64,000 bases of DNA from positions 9,523 to 73,522 of the forward strand of contig JAVVEM010000011.1 in assembly GCA_032250805.1 (NCBI GenBank). The letters run 5' to 3'. A model generated the notes under the pieces. The model saw only the letters and a program-made list of their open reading frames with translations, ran no database searches and was not told the DNA's origin. Shown here in pieces: positions 59,358 to 64,000 of this stretch. Positions within the stretch are counted from its first letter, which is position 1. The number at the start of each line of letters is the position of its first letter. The DNA is from Bacteroidales bacterium (GTDB taxonomy: Bacteria > Bacteroidota > Bacteroidia > Bacteroidales > B18-G4). Made by a program: the position numbers and the translations under genes.

Positions 59358-61664
59358 CTAAAAAGGATACCCTATGGCAATATTTAAAATCAGGTTTTCT
59401 CTTCTCCAGCCTGAACTCCCGAAGTTGATCTCATCGATCACCCATTTATTATTTTGTTCAAGCCATGGTTTCCGCAAAGGTGTTGCAAGATCAAAGCGTA
59501 ATATAAAAAACGAAACATCCACTCTTAAGCCAACTCCTGCACCTATAGCTATTTCATTTACGAAGCGGGAAAATGAAAAGGGGTCGCCTAATGTTGAAGG
59601 GTTTGATTTTAACAACCAAACATTTCCTGCATCAACAAATATGGCTCCTTTTAAAAAGCGATAAATTCCAAAACGATATTCTGAATTTAATTCCAATTTT
59701 ACATCACCACCTAATTGTATAAATCCTATGCTATCGTTATTCTGGTTGTAAGTGCCCGGGCCAACGGAATTAGCATTGAATGCACGGATACTGCTAGGTC
59801 CACCACTAAAAAATTGCCTGGTGTAAGGCAACACTGATGAGTTCCCGTATGGTTTGCCAATACCAGCATAAACTCTCATTGCCAGTTTATTATTATCTCT
59901 AAAATTATAATACCAACGACCATCAATGCTTAAGCGGGCAAATTGCGAATAGACTGCACCAACCACCCTTGATGGATTGTTAGCTGATATTTTTTTTCCG
60001 CTCATTGTTTTAGCCAACGAAAAAACATTCCCTGCTGCCTCAGATGTAAATTGAAAAAAGTATTGCATTGTTTTAAATGGCAAAACCTGTTCATTGTATG
60101 TAAGTATATACATGCCTCCACCAATGAACTGTTCTTCATAGCTTTGTTTAAGAAAATAATTTGTCGCCAGCAATTCACTAAATGCGGCTGTTTTGTTTGA
60201 TAGTTTAGTATAACTTATATCTACCGGATTTAATTCATGTTCAATCCTGATATCTTTTTTCCACCTGTACCCGTAAGTGAATTGAAGTGTGTGCATATTG
60301 AAATATCCAACTCTTTTTGTAAAGATATATGATAATGACAAACGTGTTTTTGGAATGTACAAACTGTTGTTATGAATTTTAAAGGGTGAAATAAAACGTG
60401 GAAAATATAATTCCATCTGAGGATTAACAGAAAGAGAATATGGATTTTTATTTGTCCCGCCTAATTGTGCCTCGAATGATGTTGCCAGGCTAAGTTTCAA
60501 TAATTCGGCACCTTTAAATGTATTCCTGTTTAAAAGACTCGTATTCAGCCTGGGCCCTGCATAATTATTTGATTTTGAAACAATTTCTATTTCAGCTCTG
60601 AAGGTATGCTCCGGTATGGGTGTCATTAAAATAGTAACATCTAAAAATCCTGCTGCTGAAGTATCGCTGTCTGAAAAATTTATGCGCACAAATTTGTAAT
60701 TGCCCATGGTCATCAAACGGTTCAGCGTGATGTTATGGTTCTTCCTTGAATAGATTTCGTTTTTCCTCAGATAAACAGATCTTGAAATAACTTTTGGCCT
60801 GATTTTCATTTCTGTTTCTTTCCCCAGGAAATAATTGCCCTGATACCATAGCGTATCTTTAGGCTTTACGGCATCCTCGTCAAGCGAATAATCCTGATCT
60901 ATAAACACTTTGTTAATGCGATACACCCTTAATGCCTGTTCAGGAATGCTGTCCTTTAAAGTAAGCCGTAATGTTATATCGCGATGCTTAACGGATGTAT
61001 CAGCTTTAAACAGTAAAAAATCAGGATTGAAGTAGAAATATCCATTATCTTTCAACAAAGCATCAACCCTTTTCCTTTCACTTTTCAGTTTGTCGAGATT
61101 ATAATCATCACCTGCTTTAATCAGTGATTGATTCTTTTCTGTAAGGATGATGCTACTTAAGTCCTCGTCGGTAATTGAGTATATAATTTTATTAATTGTA
61201 TATGGCACCTGAACATGACTGGTGTAAATTATTTTGGAGGTATGTTGTTTTTCAATGCTTTTAAATTCGGTAAAGCTGTTAAAAATTCCGATATTAAAAA
61301 GCCTGGCATCAATAATAGCTGCTGTAACAGAGGGTTTTATGCTGCTCATCAAAACAGGAGCCTCTCCCTTTTTTCTGAACCACTTATTAAGTTTACTCTG
61401 AGGATTTGGACCAGCTTTCATGTACATCCACAATTTGGGTCGCAAGCCAATAAATTTCTTATTTGGTTTGGGGCGTACTGCATCTTTAGCAAAAGCTTTG
61501 ATAAACTTGTGTTTTCTGCGACTAATATGATCTGCCGATTCTAATTTTATCTCTGCGCCTGTATAAAGCTTTTCACCTTCTGGCAAGTGTTTTGTTCCGC
61601 TGCACGATGTTAAAAGCAGCCATATCATGAACAGATAACATAAAGTTTTTATAAGTAATGTCAT
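59358..61664 (-). CDS. TamA/TamL-like Omp85 lipoprotein
   Basis: Lipobox LTSC, POTRA-like region, QFFSGGPSSIRAF, FVDAGNVW, LRFD, C-terminal IAIGYPF. Confidence 0.9.
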   Translation of the reverse strand: MTLLIKTLCYLFMIWLLLTSCSGTKHLPEGEKLYTGAEIKLESADHISRRKHKFIKAFAKDAVRPKPNKKFIGLRPKLWMYMKAGPNPQSKLNKWFRKKGEAPVLMSSIKPSVTAAIIDARLFNIGIFNSFTEFKSIEKQHTSKIIYTSHVQVPYTINKIIYSITDEDLSSIILTEKNQSLIKAGDDYNLDKLKSERKRVDALLKDNGYFYFNPDFLLFKADTSVKHRDITLRLTLKDSIPEQALRVYRINKVFIDQDYSLDEDAVKPKDTLWYQGNYFLGKETEMKIRPKVISRSVYLRKNEIYSRKNHNITLNRLMTMGNYKFVRINFSDSDTSAAGFLDVTILMTPIPEHTFRAEIEIVSKSNNYAGPRLNTSLLNRNTFKGAELLKLSLATSFEAQLGGTNKNPYSLSVNPQMELYFPRFISPFKIHNNSLYIPKTRLSLSYIFTKRVGYFNMHTLQFTYGYRWKKDIRIEHELNPVDISYTKLSNKTAAFSELLATNYFLKQSYEEQFIGGGMYILTYNEQVLPFKTMQYFFQFTSEAAGNVFSLAKTMSGKKISANNPSRVVGAVYSQFARLSIDGRWYYNFRDNNKLAMRVYAGIGKPYGNSSVLPYTRQFFSGGPSSIRAFNANSVGPGTYNQNNDSIGFIQLGGDVKLELNSEYRFGIYRFLKGAIFVDAGNVWLLKSNPSTLGDPFSFSRFVNEIAIGAGVGLRVDVSFFILRFDLATPLRKPWLEQNNKWVIDEINFGSSGWRRENLILNIAIGYPF

Positions 61665-64000
61665 TACTTTTGTTTTGCCTGATTAATCTCTTTTGCTTTT
61701 TGGGATGCTCTGAACAAATTTTTCCATTTGTAGAAATCGCGCACATACGATACAGCCACTCCGGTTTCAATTAGCAGCCCGTCAATAGCACCTTCATATT
61801 GATTATGCCTGAATCCTTTCAACCTGTAGCGGCCATCTTTAGTCAATTTGTACTCTACTGTAATATCGCTGGTAATATCGCTTGCCTTACTTTGTTTTGC
61901 TTTTGCTCCTTCTACATCCACATTACCACCCACCTGAACACTTACGCGTTCGTTAAACAGTTGCTTCCTGATACCTACTGCCACTTCTGTCCTTCCTTGT
62001 ACCTGTCCGGAGGAATAATCATCATAGGACTGGATATCGAAATTTAATTCGACACCAGGTACAATATTTGAACTTAGCTGATTTAATTGCGCCGACAAGA
62101 ATTTGCCTACTGTGGTACGAACAATGCTTGATGCTCCGATGGCCGCATCTGTTTGAAAAGGATTCTCCTGTATAAATCTGTTTAATACCAATAAAGCAAA
62201 TACCTGTTTGTTAAGAGCTGAAGGATTGTTGTTCAGTAAATTCAGTGTTGCATTTACTGCTCCACCTAATATGCCTCTATCTTCCGGTGGTAATTGAATT
62301 TCGAAGTTTATTTCGGGATGTAAAATTTCACCACGAAGCTTCAGCAGTACCAGGAAGGTAAACTTTTGTTTATAGGCGCCTTGATCAACCTGGCTTAATC
62401 CCGACATCTGGTCAGCCATCAGGTTAAAGGGCGAAGTACGGACGGAATAAGTTCCATTGATGGATATTTTTGCATCCAGCAGATCGCCGTTCCAAATGAT
62501 TGTGCTCCCTGAATTAATCTCGAATTTCTTTTTAATTATGGATTTAAATGTTACCATGTAGCTGCCTTCATCAAGATCATAGGCTCCGGTAAGACTTATT
62601 TTTCCGCTTCTGTCCATTGTCAGGCTTAAAGCGGCTTCGCCCTTCACTACCAACGAATCAGAGGTAGATGGATCGATCAATAAGCGCAGTGTGGCATCCT
62701 TATCAATTTCGATGACCGAAGAGAGGTCAATACCTGTAAAGCCGGGTTTTGAAGCTGCTTTTTCTTCGGGGTTATATAAAATCGAATTCAGATTCGATGA
62801 GTTTTCAAACTCCACTACACCTTCACCTTTGTCAGTAGTAAGTTTTTCGTCAGGCACCACAAATGTAAAGTTGGACCCTTTTTTCATTTTAAATTTGGCA
62901 TTTACCACCGGAAGTTTCATGGGCCCGTTAACGTCAATCTTGCTGTCAACTATCATCCTGCCAAAGAACTCTTTGTTGTCTTTTATCGATGTATTAAAAA
63001 TTAAGAAGTCTTTCATATTAACTTGCAGGTCAAAAACGAAATCTTTAAACTGTTTCATTTTAACCGTGCCATCAATAATTGCAGAATTCTTGCCGGCATC
63101 CAAAAGTGTAAAAGAATTAAAGTACATGCCATTCTCTTTTAGCCGGATAGTTTCATGTTTCAATTCTAATTTGTTATTTAGCACGGCAGGGTTTACAAAT
63201 ACATTGTTAAACACAAGTTCGCCTGAAATTTGAGGTTTATTGGATGCGCCTTTAATAAATATATTTCCTGTAAGCGTTCCGGATGCTTCTGTTATTTGCC
63301 CCATCGAAAATACTTCAACCGTTTTCATTGAAAGCGATTGAATGTCAGCATGCATGCTGATTGAATTATTGCCACCTTCAGGAATATAATATCCTTTCAC
63401 TGTCAGCTTGTTATCTGTTCCTGATAAATTCATATCCAGGTCCATTCTTCCGGCTGACGGATTATCTGCTTTAATTGATAAATCACCGATTGATATATCA
63501 TATACATAAAGGCTGCTAATGGTGGCATCTGCAATTATACCATAGCTGTCTTTCTCTCTTTTAAGCAATAAATTTCCATTCAGGTTTCCTTGTAAAAGGC
63601 TTGTGTCCTTTTCAATGATCCGGGAAATGTCGTCGAGCTTAAAATTCTTTATTGCCAGGTTTAAATCATCATTGAATTTATCGTGAACCGAAGCGATATT
63701 GATCTGGCTTTTATTGTTCGTCATAAAAAGGTGATGGATCAGGAAACCCTTTTCCCCGATTTCTATATAATTATCAGCGGCAATGTCCCACCTGTTGTTC
63801 ATCAGGTAGAACTCATCCGGGTCGATAATTAGCCTGTAAATGGTTTTATCTCTGGTAATTTGCGAACGTATCAGAAGTTTTTTGTCCTGATTGTCAGCAA
63901 TTGACGATACATTGGCAAATAGCTTATTGTTTTCCAGTTTCCCATCGATAAGGAAGGTATCTAATTTTACTTGGGCATTAGAAATATTGCTACCTGATAT
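61664..64000 (-). CDS. tamB: TamB (DUF490) translocation/assembly module protein, 3' part; begins beyond the right edge
   Basis: Frame stays open from 63802 to 64000; C-terminal LNKQVFALLVLNRF, KQLFNERV, EYKLTKDGRY; stop overlaps the tamA-like ATG. Confidence 0.85.
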   Translation of the reverse strand: MSGSNISNAQVKLDTFLIDGKLENNKLFANVSSIADNQDKKLLIRSQITRDKTIYRLIIDPDEFYLMNNRWDIAADNYIEIGEKGFLIHHLFMTNNKSQINIASVHDKFNDDLNLAIKNFKLDDISRIIEKDTSLLQGNLNGNLLLKREKDSYGIIADATISSLYVYDISIGDLSIKADNPSAGRMDLDMNLSGTDNKLTVKGYYIPEGGNNSISMHADIQSLSMKTVEVFSMGQITEASGTLTGNIFIKGASNKPQISGELVFNNVFVNPAVLNNKLELKHETIRLKENGMYFNSFTLLDAGKNSAIIDGTVKMKQFKDFVFDLQVNMKDFLIFNTSIKDNKEFFGRMIVDSKIDVNGPMKLPVVNAKFKMKKGSNFTFVVPDEKLTTDKGEGVVEFENSSNLNSILYNPEEKAASKPGFTGIDLSSVIEIDKDATLRLLIDPSTSDSLVVKGEAALSLTMDRSGKISLTGAYDLDEGSYMVTFKSIIKKKFEINSGSTIIWNGDLLDAKISINGTYSVRTSPFNLMADQMSGLSQVDQGAYKQKFTFLVLLKLRGEILHPEINFEIQLPPEDRGILGGAVNATLNLLNNNPSALNKQVFALLVLNRFIQENPFQTDAAIGASSIVRTTVGKFLSAQLNQLSSNIVPGVELNFDIQSYDDYSSGQVQGRTEVAVGIRKQLFNERVSVQVGGNVDVEGAKAKQSKASDITSDITVEYKLTKDGRYRLKGFRHNQYEGAIDGLLIETGVAVSYVRDFYKWKNLFRASQKAKEINQAKQK

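Overview
Chromosomal window from a Bacteroidota (most likely Bacteroidales-type) bacterium, judged from repeated TAnnTTTG -7 promoter elements, a short RpoD lacking region 1.1, the rpsO-pnp-rpoD-rpe order and a dnaA with no dnaN beside it. Left to right: the 5' end of a probable sigma54-driven redox operon (a PstS-like/TM/GcvH-like fusion, then a Tat-signal 4Fe-4S protein that runs off the window); an S9 peptidase; a glycogen locus (debranching enzyme, GT4, GH57 with a FliG-C-like tail, SDR, GT3-GT35 synthase/phosphorylase fusion); housekeeping genes around dnaA; a kinase/MfpsA-like GT4/XdhC operon; prmC; a 7-mer microsatellite; a phosphate cluster (PiT-PhoU, porin, beta-helix lipoprotein, Na/Pi symporter, Ppk2) with a Pho-box-like repeat; a TMTC-like protein, galM, pepD, rpe, rpoD, pnp and rpsO; then an AT-richer mosaic region (DUF3843, broken DUF2254 copies, YtxH trio, PAP2, a cassette-like small gene with a group IIC intron-end remnant, TamA/TamB). 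No rRNA, tRNA, CRISPR array or intact transposase was seen. The best candidates for undescribed biology are the PstS-GcvH-like transmembrane fusion operon, the GH57-FliG-C fusion and the kinase-GT4-XdhC operon. All family calls come from motif recognition by eye, not from database searches.
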